The notes under the pieces were generated by a model. It was not told the DNA's origin, did not search any database, and saw only the letters and a program-made list of their open reading frames with translations. A program made the position numbers and the translations under genes. A stretch of DNA of 32,000 bases from Synechocystis sp. PCC 6803 substr. PCC-P (GTDB taxonomy: Bacteria; Cyanobacteriota; Cyanobacteriia; Cyanobacteriales; Microcystaceae), in assembly GCF_000284455.1 (NCBI RefSeq), contig NC_017039.1, positions 3,030,001 to 3,062,000 of the forward strand, written 5' to 3'. Of this stretch, positions 8,550 to 16,729 are shown piece by piece; position 1 is the stretch's first letter; the number at the start of each line of letters is the position of its first letter.

Positions 8550-8841
8550 ACGAAGCCCAATCAGCCTAGGCCGAATAGTACAGATATAGAGTTGAAGTGC
8601 AACTCTGGGGTAAACATTATGATGGTGCAGCATGAAAAACAAGATGAAACAGGACAGTTGGCGATCGCGCCGCGCCTATGGCTCTGGTGGACATTGGCTA
8701 CTACAATTGCAGGGGCGAAGGAGAAAAGCATTGCGCTGCAAACAGAAGATGCGATTGCTACATCCTCTAGTCAGTCGCCCTAGCGCCAAACCTAAGGATT
8801 TAGAAGCCCCTATCGATCATCGTACTGAACAGAGAAAAACC

Positions 8842-9243
8842 ATGAATAAGCCTGAGTTTTTTGTTACCCCCGGCTATGGGGAATACATGCTGAATGAATT
8901 GCATTACTCGCAAGCAGTAAAAATTGGCGATCGTGTGGAGACATCAGGTCAAGGTGGTTGGGATGACAACCTGCAAATTCCCGAGTTGCTCGCAGATGAG
9001 ATTGCCCAGGCATTTCAAAATATAGAGCGAACCCTGGCGGCTGCCGGGGCAGGTTGGGAGCACGTTGTCCATGTCAATTCTTATCATGTTGGTGGGTTGC
9101 CCCCAGAGGTGAACGATGTGATGGTCAGGCTATATCGCCATTACATGCCTAACCATGCCCCAATTTGGACACAGGTAGGAGTTGCAGCACTAGGGCTGCC
9201 GACAATGCGGATTGAGATCCGGGTTACCGCAATTGTCCCATGA
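8842..9243 (+). CDS. RidA/YjgF/UK114-family (Rid) protein
   Basis: The internal ATG at 8842 gives a 133 aa product, MNKPEFFVTPGY...YSQAVKIGDRVETSGQGGWD...AFQNIERTLAAAGAGWEHVVHVNSYHV...IEIRVTA, typical of Rid proteins. The 70 aa basic extension from 8632 has no family resemblance. Confidence 0.8.
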   Translation: MNKPEFFVTPGYGEYMLNELHYSQAVKIGDRVETSGQGGWDDNLQIPELLADEIAQAFQNIERTLAAAGAGWEHVVHVNSYHVGGLPPEVNDVMVRLYRHYMPNHAPIWTQVGVAALGLPTMRIEIRVTAIVP

Positions 9244-9321
9244 GTTTTGCGTGGGCGGCGCTGTCGCTAGTGCTGCTACCTACACGTAGAACAAAAACTT
9301 TTACCGCAGCAACATGGCATT

Positions 9322-10236
9322 ATGAATCATCGTTTCCTTTTACTTGTTTCTTTGGTCGTGGGTAGCGCAGAAATGCTGCTTACTTCACCTGTCTCAGCAG
9401 AGCTTAGTAATAGACTACATACTCCACAGATTGCGCAGCGACCGAAGATAAGTAATTCGACCACCTTAGATAATAGGTCTTTGGGCAGTGTAGAAAGGCA
9501 AGAGCGATCGGATTGGGCCAGTTTCTTCGATGGCGCTGAGGCTCAAGGAACCATTGTGGTATTAGATCAGCGCGGAGGTGCTCATCAGTTGTGGGTCTAC
9601 AACCAGGAACGGGCTGACAGAGCCTATTCTCCAGCATCAACGTTTAAGATTCCGCATTCTCTCTTTGCGCTTGATGCCGGGGTTGTTCGTGATGAATTTC
9701 AAGTTTTTGAGTGGGATGGAGTGGAGAGGAACTTCGCTCCCCACAATCAAGATCAAACCTTACGCTCAGCAATGCGAAATTCAGCCGTTTGGGTTTACGA
9801 AATTTTTGCTGCCGAAATCGGTGAAGCGAAAGCAAGAGAATATCTGACGCAAATTGACTACGGGAATGTAGACTCAAGTACTAGCAAAGGTGCTTATTGG
9901 ATTGATGGAGCATTAACAATCTCGGCACAAGAGCAAATTCATTTTTTACAAAAGCTGTATCAGAATGAACTCCCTTTTAGGATTGAGCACCAACGATTAG
10001 TCAAGGATATTATAATCGTTGAAGCAGGGCGAAATTGGATCCTACGGGCTAAAACTGGCTGGGAAGGGCGCTGGGGCTGGTGGGTAGGGTGGGTCGAATG
10101 GCCCACAGGTCCTGTATTCTTTGCTCTCAATATAGATACGCCAAACCGATTGGACGACCTCTATAAAAGAGAGGCAATTACACGCGATATCTTGCAATCC
10201 ATTGATGCATTGCCTGCGGAAGAAGATCGGAAATAG
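9322..10236 (+). CDS. Class D (OXA-type) beta-lactamase with signal peptide
   Basis: 304 aa. All four class D motifs appear in order: STFK (aa 106-109), SAV (154-156), YGN (180-182), KTG (244-246), followed by WWVGWVE. Hydrophobic N-terminal signal MNHRFLLLVSLVVGSAEMLLTSPVSA. Confidence 0.9.
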   Translation: MNHRFLLLVSLVVGSAEMLLTSPVSAELSNRLHTPQIAQRPKISNSTTLDNRSLGSVERQERSDWASFFDGAEAQGTIVVLDQRGGAHQLWVYNQERADRAYSPASTFKIPHSLFALDAGVVRDEFQVFEWDGVERNFAPHNQDQTLRSAMRNSAVWVYEIFAAEIGEAKAREYLTQIDYGNVDSSTSKGAYWIDGALTISAQEQIHFLQKLYQNELPFRIEHQRLVKDIIIVEAGRNWILRAKTGWEGRWGWWVGWVEWPTGPVFFALNIDTPNRLDDLYKREAITRDILQSIDALPAEEDRK

Positions 10237-10314
10237 CTTAAGTGCCAGAATTGAATACTCCATCTACAAAAGAAATAGGCATTGATGCCCCGATAGATGC
10301 TAAAGGTTTGCTGT

Positions 10315-10500
10315 TTACTGATGTAGCAAACTTTTTGAGTTACTGGGCTGCTGTCGGCGTTCTTGCAAAGCCTTGTCAATTAATTTTGCGACCAGCCAGG
10401 AGACAGACCGTTCATCTGTCTGTGCCCATTCCTCCAGTTCTCGTTTACGCTCAGCAGGAATGTAAGCAACCACTCGCTCTAAATCCGTTTTGCCCCCCAT
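10315..10500 (-). CDS. Small ribbon-helix-helix (CopG/Arc-like) DNA-binding protein with no partner gene
   Basis: MGGKTDLERVVAYIPAERKRELEEWAQTDERSVSWLVAKLIDKAL fits a beta-strand/helix/helix RHH pattern. An alternative start lies at 10512. No toxin-like ORF sits downstream on the - strand. Confidence 0.6.
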   Translation of the reverse strand: MGGKTDLERVVAYIPAERKRELEEWAQTDERSVSWLVAKLIDKALQERRQQPSNSKSLLHQ

Positions 10501-10557
10501 CTTAAGTCTCACTTTTGCTTTACCTGTTTCTAAGATACCAATAATGGCCCGGCTCGT

Positions 10558-10598
10558 ATCATGCTAGGCTATGCTGTGCTAGCATGAACCAGCATGAT
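10558..10598. promoter_or_regulatory. Nested inverted repeats in the divergent RHH/map promoter region; candidate operator
   Basis: ATCATGCTAG (10558-10567) is the reverse complement of both CTAGCATGA (10579-10587) and AGCATGAT (10591-10598). ATGCT occurs three times in direct orientation. Confidence 0.4.
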
Positions 10599-10616
10599 AG
10601 GACGAGGCTTTAATCT

Positions 10617-11441
10617 GTGAACCATCAAAATTTGCTTTCAATCACTAGAAATCTTGTGCATCCCCCAATTAGCTCAGGGCTTGTCTTACTTTCGGCTAGA
10701 GAATTGGACAAGATGCGGCGGGTGGGACAGCTTGCGGCGAATCTCCTCAATCATCTTGAGTCAATGGTGCAGCCTGGAGTAAGTACACAAGCTTTAAATG
10801 ATGAGGCGACGCGTTGGATGGAAGATCATGGGGCAATCAGCGCCACCCTTGGCTACGCACCTCCTGGTTATCCCCCTTTCACGGGGGCAATTTGCACCAG
10901 CATTAATGAAGTGGTTTGTCATGGAATACCGAACCCAAAGCAAATCCTCAAGGACGGGGATATTATCAATATCGATGTGACCCTCAGGTTGGCAGGCTAC
11001 CACGGCGACACTTCGAGAACATTTCTAGTGGGTTCGGTATCCGCAACTGCCCGAAAATTAGTTGAAGCGACTCAAGAATCGATGATGCGAGGGATTGCTG
11101 AAATCAAGCCTGGGGCAAGAATTGGTGATATTGGTGCGGCAATTCAAGCATATGCCGAGGCAAGTGGATTCTCAGTGGTTCGAGATATGGTTGGGCATGG
11201 CATTGGCAGGCAGATGCATACAGAACTTCAAATTCCTCACTATGGCAAACGAGGCAGTGGGTTGAAGCTGCGTCCAGGAATGGTTTTTACGGTTGAACCG
11301 ATGCTAAACGAAGGGACTTATGAGCTTACATTTCTTGCGGATGGTTGGACTGTAATTACGAAGGACAAAAAACTCTCTGCTCAGTTTGAACACACTGTTG
11401 TTGTGACTGAGGAAGGTGTAGAAATTTTAACTCTTGCCTAA
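10617..11441 (+). CDS. map: Type I methionine aminopeptidase
   Basis: 274 aa with a GTG start. Conserved VCHGIP, DIINIDVT, GYHGDTSRTF, GHGIG, TVEPM and QFEHTV metal-ligand and pita-bread fold motifs. Confidence 0.93.
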   Translation: MNHQNLLSITRNLVHPPISSGLVLLSARELDKMRRVGQLAANLLNHLESMVQPGVSTQALNDEATRWMEDHGAISATLGYAPPGYPPFTGAICTSINEVVCHGIPNPKQILKDGDIINIDVTLRLAGYHGDTSRTFLVGSVSATARKLVEATQESMMRGIAEIKPGARIGDIGAAIQAYAEASGFSVVRDMVGHGIGRQMHTELQIPHYGKRGSGLKLRPGMVFTVEPMLNEGTYELTFLADGWTVITKDKKLSAQFEHTVVVTEEGVEILTLA

Positions 11442-11760
11442 ATTTCAAGCCGCAATGCCTTTTACGTTTCAAGTAGATGACAAATTGGTACATCGTCTTC
11501 TGGGGAAAACGGCGGTAAACCCTTACCCGATAGTCCAACATCCGAAAACCCATGGTGGGCTCAGGCTCCGTTTGAAATTCCAGATGCAACACCAAGTCTT
11601 CCGATTGCTCCAAAATTAGGGAGTCAGCCCAAATTGGTTCCAGGGATAATTCCGTCGGACTAAGCTTAGTCAATTTGATTGGTCGTCCCAGCAACCAGGC
11701 GGCATAGTCTTCGGAAAAGGATTCGGCGAGGAATTTGCACAGATTGTCAAACATACCCAA
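11356..11760 (-). pseudogene. Truncated Rpn-family recombination-promoting nuclease / PD-(D/E)XK putative transposase (N-terminal ~98 aa only)
   Basis: MFDNLCKFLAESFSEDYAAWLLGRPIKLTKLSPTELSLEPIWADSLILEQSEDLVLHLEFQTEPEPTMGFRMLDYRVRVYRRFPQKTMYQFVIYL matches the N-terminal half of the abundant cyanobacterial Rpn/DUF4351 family. Similarity ends near nt 11467, and the frame then runs into the 3' end of map (overlap 11356-11441). Confidence 0.7.
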
Positions 11761-11882
11761 ATTCTAAGGGCGATCGCCATAACCATGTTTTGAGAGTCTC
11801 ACAACTTTAGGGGTATGGTAAAAGGGACTATTGAGACATAAAAAGAGACGGGGTTGGGGAGTAGTCTCGGAAAGTGTACTTT

Positions 11883-12311
11883 CTAAGACCAACGGGCATA
11901 GTCATAGTGAGCAAGAATTTTTTGGTCTTTAGTCAGCAGTAAACTGTCAGTCAACGCAGACTGGGCTGTAATCAGACGGTCAAAAGGATCCCTTGTCCAG
12001 TCCAGTGTTAATGCTTGGTAAACAACTTGGTCGAAGTTCTTGGTACAGCTACATAAGCCAATATTATTCTCCAGAGTGGTGAGAATAGCTTCTGGCGATG
12101 CAGTAATTCTTTCAATCTCAAGAAGATATTTGAGCTCTAGTCGTACTATGGGAGAGAAGGTTAGGTCGTTACTGTTAATCAGTGATTTGGCCAGGGAAGA
12201 AAACTTTTCCGTTAAACCACAGTAGAGCCAAACAACAATGTGGGTGTCAAGGTAAATCGAGCTCAATCTCTCCCTCCCAATCAATGGTGACCAACTCTTC
12301 CGGGTCGCCAA
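11883..12311 (-). CDS. PIN-domain ribonuclease toxin (VapC-like)
   Basis: IYLDTHIVVW...RLELKY...DPFDRLITAQS...LLTKD carries the PIN acidic residues. The true start is probably an internal TTG near 12266, preceded by GGGAGGGAGA and overlapping the antitoxin stop, rather than the TTG at 12311. Confidence 0.8.
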   Translation of the reverse strand: MATRKSWSPLIGRERLSSIYLDTHIVVWLYCGLTEKFSSLAKSLINSNDLTFSPIVRLELKYLLEIERITASPEAILTTLENNIGLCSCTKNFDQVVYQALTLDWTRDPFDRLITAQSALTDSLLLTKDQKILAHYDYARWS

Positions 12312-12483
12312 TGATAACCCCTGGACGATGTACTAAGTTCTTGAACTTATCCGGCTCCTCCACTGGCAGTATTCGTAGGCGTTTACCCCCCCGATTAATT
12401 TCCAGCGGTATGCCGGTTGCCAGCACCTCATCTAGCAGGTTGTAAAGATTACCCCTCAGCTCCGTTGGCGTAATTTGTTTCAT
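12247..12483 (-). CDS. Phd/YefM-family type II antitoxin
   Basis: 78 aa. MKQITPTELRGNLYNLLDEVLATGIPLEINRGGKRLRILP is a typical Phd/YefM N-terminal domain. Its 3' end overlaps the PIN gene. Confidence 0.8.
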   Translation of the reverse strand: MKQITPTELRGNLYNLLDEVLATGIPLEINRGGKRLRILPVEEPDKFKNLVHRPGVIIGDPEELVTIDWEGEIELDLP

Positions 12484-12497
12484 CCTATTCTGTTCAA

Positions 12498-12525
12498 TGT
12501 ACGTTCAAAATTAGTCTAACGTACA
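12498..12525. promoter_or_regulatory. Perfect 8-bp inverted repeat just upstream of the antitoxin start; candidate TA operator
   Basis: TGTACGTT-N12-AACGTACA lies 15-40 nt upstream of the ATG at 12483 (- strand), with GTTCAA direct repeats alongside. Confidence 0.5.
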
Positions 12526-12583
12526 TCAAAGCAAGATACTTTCCCTCAAAAGTCTATTTTCGCCCAGCCGCAGTCATCAGATG

Positions 12584-13680
<1,097 letters not shown>

Positions 13681-13704
13681 CCCCATCCTGTTGATTTAAC
13701 TACC

Positions 13705-15093
13705 ATGAATACTAATCTCATTCTGGATGTGGACTCCTATAAAGTGAGCCACTGGTTGCAGTATCCTCCTGACACAACGGCAATGTATTCCTATGTGGAA
13801 AGTCGTGGGGGAAGGTATCCTGTCACTGTCTTTTTTGGTCTCCAATACATTTTAAAGCGGTATCTGACTCAATCCATTGAACCCTGGATGGTGGAGGAAG
13901 CTAATCGCCTTTTGACAGCCCATGGCTTACCTTTCAACTATGGCGGTTGGCGATACATTGCGGAGGATTTGCAGGGTCGTTTACCTGTACGTATTAAGGC
14001 GGTTCCAGAGGGCTCGGTCATCCCGGTTCATAATGTTTTGATGACAGTGGAATCCACGGACCCAAAGGTTTTTTGGTTAGTTTCCTGGTTAGAAACTTTG
14101 TTGATGCGGGTTTGGTATCCCATTACGGTGGCAACCCAGAGTTGGCATTTAAAACAACGCATCTATCAATCCCTATGCCGTACTGCGGATGATCCTGATG
14201 GTGAAATCAATTTTAAACTCCACGATTTTGGGGCCCGGGGGGTTTCTAGTGGTGAATCGTCCGGCATTGGCGGACTGGCTCACTTAGTTAATTTCCAAGG
14301 TTCTGACACAGTAAAGGCCCTGGTGTATGGGCAGCAATATTACAACTGCCCCATGGCGGCCTATTCGATTCCCGCCGCAGAACATTCCACCATTACAGCT
14401 TGGGGAAGGGAAGGGGAAGTTTTGGCCTATGAAAATATGTTGACCCAGTTTGCCAAGCCAGGGTCGGTGTTGGCGGTGGTTTCCGATTCCTATGATCTCT
14501 GGAATGCCATTGACCATCTCTGGGGCGATCACCTAAGGGCACAGGTGCTTGATTCGGGGGCTACGGTGGTTATCCGTCCGGATTCAGGTGACCCGGTGGC
14601 CATTGTGGCCCAAACTTTGGAACGGTTGGAGGCTTGTTTTGGCAGCACCCTCAACAGTAAGGGCTTTCGAGTTCTAAATGCTGTGCGGGTTATCCAAGGG
14701 GATGGGGTTGATGAAGAGAGTATCAGCGCCATTCTAGAGAAGACTGAGAGCCTTGGCTTTAGTACTACTAATTTAGCTTTTGGTATGGGGGGAGCTTTGT
14801 TGCAAAAGGTGAATCGGGATACCCAAAAATTTGCCATGAAGTGCAGTGAGGTAACGGTGGAGGACAAGGCGATCCCTGTTTATAAAGACCCTGTTACTGA
14901 TCCTGGTAAAACTAGCAAAAAGGGGCGATTATCCCTGGTTAAAACTGACTCTGGTTATGGCACTGTACCCACTTCTTCTGAGGATTTATTGCAGGTTGTC
15001 TATGAAAATGGACATTTACTGCAAGACCAATGCTTGGATGCTATTCGTCAACGAGCCTGGCCATTAATCAGGGTCAATGTTCCCGCAAGCTAG
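13705..15093 (+). CDS. nadV: Nicotinamide phosphoribosyltransferase (Nampt)
   Basis: 462 aa, starting 24 nt after the nadM stop. Nampt-type motifs DSYKVSHW, HDFGARGVSS and IRPDSGDP. Confidence 0.9.
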   Translation: MNTNLILDVDSYKVSHWLQYPPDTTAMYSYVESRGGRYPVTVFFGLQYILKRYLTQSIEPWMVEEANRLLTAHGLPFNYGGWRYIAEDLQGRLPVRIKAVPEGSVIPVHNVLMTVESTDPKVFWLVSWLETLLMRVWYPITVATQSWHLKQRIYQSLCRTADDPDGEINFKLHDFGARGVSSGESSGIGGLAHLVNFQGSDTVKALVYGQQYYNCPMAAYSIPAAEHSTITAWGREGEVLAYENMLTQFAKPGSVLAVVSDSYDLWNAIDHLWGDHLRAQVLDSGATVVIRPDSGDPVAIVAQTLERLEACFGSTLNSKGFRVLNAVRVIQGDGVDEESISAILEKTESLGFSTTNLAFGMGGALLQKVNRDTQKFAMKCSEVTVEDKAIPVYKDPVTDPGKTSKKGRLSLVKTDSGYGTVPTSSEDLLQVVYENGHLLQDQCLDAIRQRAWPLIRVNVPAS

Positions 15094-15186
15094 TGGGGAT
15101 AAAGCAAAGCTAGATAAAGTTCTGTCTCGAGATGATAAGTACATAAGGAACTACTACAATGTTTAATTTAGCACTGAGGTACCTAA

Positions 15187-15267
15187 GTTTCAGGGATCCA
15201 CCTTATCATTGGCGGTGAATTGTTGCTGTTGTATGAGCATAGTTCATTGATGATCGCTCCCTGAAAC
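15187..15267. repeat. 81-nt element bounded by a perfect 10-bp inverted repeat in the nadV-HPP intergenic region
   Basis: GTTTCAGGGA (15187-15196) and TCCCTGAAAC (15258-15267), with an internal CACC...GGTG mini-hairpin. Confidence 0.5.
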
Positions 15268-15541
15268 ATCACAAAAAAGGTTTAGGGCAGTCTTAGTTTG
15301 TTGACTATCACTCTTAAAGCTCAACATCAATGGAATAAATACTGTAAAGTAAGCTACTTTTTATTTGTCTTTTTGGCAAAACGTTATGTTATCTTAACTT
15401 TTGTGGGGCAATGACTCTCCTACGCTGGCTGGTTTATCGGCTCTGTTGCATAGTGCCAATCTTCGCTGAATTCGATGATTACTGTGCATAGCAGCGTACT
15501 TATTACTTTTTTGGCAGTACTTTAGGAGTGTTCAGTCCTTC

Positions 15542-16099
15542 ATGGTTGACTACAGGAAAGCCCGATTAAAATGGGAAGACTATTGGTTCAAGACCTTACA
15601 CAGATGGCGGTCCTGCCCTTTAACCTGCCCGGTTGAGAAGCCTCATCATGGCCACATTTTTTGGAGTTGGTTCGGTAGTTTTTTGGCGATCTCTATCTGT
15701 GCTTACTTGACGGTAAAAACGAATTCCCCGCTTTTAATGGCTCCCTTTGGGGCCACTAGTGTTTTGATTTTTGGTGTTCCTGATAGCCCCTTAGCCCAAC
15801 CCCGTAACGTCATCGGTGGCAATCTGTTAGCGGCATTGGTGAGTCTAACGGTTTTGCATTTTCTCGGTTCTTCACCCATGGCGATGGGGGCGGCAGTGTC
15901 GCTAGCCATCGGCATTATGCAATTTACTGGAACATTGCATCCTCCTTCAGGAGCCGTTGCTTTGGTGGTTATGATGACCAGACCAGACTGGAACTTTATC
16001 CTAACGCCAACCTTGGAAGGTTCAATACTTTTAGTGCTGTGTGCTGTAGTTTTCAATAATTTGGCGGAAGAAAGAACCTATCCTAAGCACTGGCTATAA
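15542..16099 (+). CDS. HPP-family integral membrane protein
   Basis: 185 aa with about 4 TM segments. MAPFGATSVLIFG and the eponymous GTLHPPSGA motif. Confidence 0.85.
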   Translation: MVDYRKARLKWEDYWFKTLHRWRSCPLTCPVEKPHHGHIFWSWFGSFLAISICAYLTVKTNSPLLMAPFGATSVLIFGVPDSPLAQPRNVIGGNLLAALVSLTVLHFLGSSPMAMGAAVSLAIGIMQFTGTLHPPSGAVALVVMMTRPDWNFILTPTLEGSILLVLCAVVFNNLAEERTYPKHWL

Positions 16100-16112
16100 T
16101 TTTGTTTCGGTT

Positions 16113-16463
16113 GTGGGATTGTTGAGGCGATCATCGTACCTGTCCAGTGATCAACGGCCATCTCAGCTGGGTTCCCATGCAGGGATCCCAGCGGTGCGGC
16201 TTAGAGTTAAAGCTTTAGGAGTCAAGATGGGAGTGCCGTTCTTCAAAATTCCAGATTTGGTTAAGCGACATAATATTCAGGTTTTTTCTTCCAATTACTG
16301 TTTGTACGGCGACTTATCCCACAGGATAATGACCAGCCTGCAATTATTTAGCCCCGTCGTGGAAATTTATTCCATTGATGAAGCCTTTCTCGAACTGACC
16401 CCAAATCAAAGTAATACGAATTATGGGGAAGAAATTCAGCTTTGTCTTAATCCATCAGATTAA
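16113..16463 (+). pseudogene. N-terminal fragment of a UmuC-like Y-family (translesion) DNA polymerase
   Basis: VKALGVKMGVPFFKIPDLVKRHNIQVFSSNYCLYGDLSHRIMTSLQLFSPVVEIYSIDEAFLELT aligns with the UmuC N-terminus (AKALGIKMG.PWFK...VFSSNY.LYGDMS.R....L....P.VE.YSIDEAFLDLT). The first ~35 aa are degenerate, the ORF stops after ~116 aa versus ~420 aa expected, and no umuD is present. Confidence 0.75.
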
Positions 16464-16637
16464 CCAGTCAGTATTCCTATGTGATCACACTTTTGAAAAT
16501 ATTCAACAAGACAAAAGTAATACAAGCAAGTTAGAAGTATTTTTTCTTTCTTAGAATCTGTTTTTCTATCCTAACTCTTTTAAAGAGTATTGATTAACTG
16601 CTTTACTGCAAAAAAGATTACCCTATATCGGGCTTTT

Positions 16638-16671
16638 CTCAATAAAATCTTTATTTTTTGAGGTGCTTTTT
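16638..16671. terminator. AT-rich hairpin with flanking A/T tracts; candidate bidirectional terminator between the umuC fragment and nrsS
   Basis: CTCAATAAAAT (16638-16648), a 4-nt loop, then ATTTTTTGAG (16653-16662), followed by GTGCTTTTT and preceded by AAAAAAG. Confidence 0.3.
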
Positions 16672-16729
16672 AGCCATAAATAATCACTTTAGTATAAAAT
16701 TTTGACGGCGTAAAGTTGATAAAATAGAA

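Noticed and set aside
8592-8841. ORF 8592..8783 and the 70 aa N-terminal extension of the RidA ORF (start 8632)
   Set aside because: The translations are basic and low-complexity (RRAYGSGGHWLLQLQGRRRKALR) with no family resemblance. Rid-family similarity begins exactly at the internal ATG 8842.
10242-10505. 87 aa + strand ORF between the beta-lactamase gene and map
   Set aside because: It is antisense to the RHH gene, whose translation has a clear fold pattern. The + strand product has no recognisable features.
16480-16489. Perfect palindrome TGTGATCACA, considered as a CRP/cAMP-receptor-type binding site
   Set aside because: CRP-family sites need the half sites TGTGA and TCACA separated by about 6 nt, and here they abut. 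The palindrome also lies between two convergent 3' ends with no gene to regulate.
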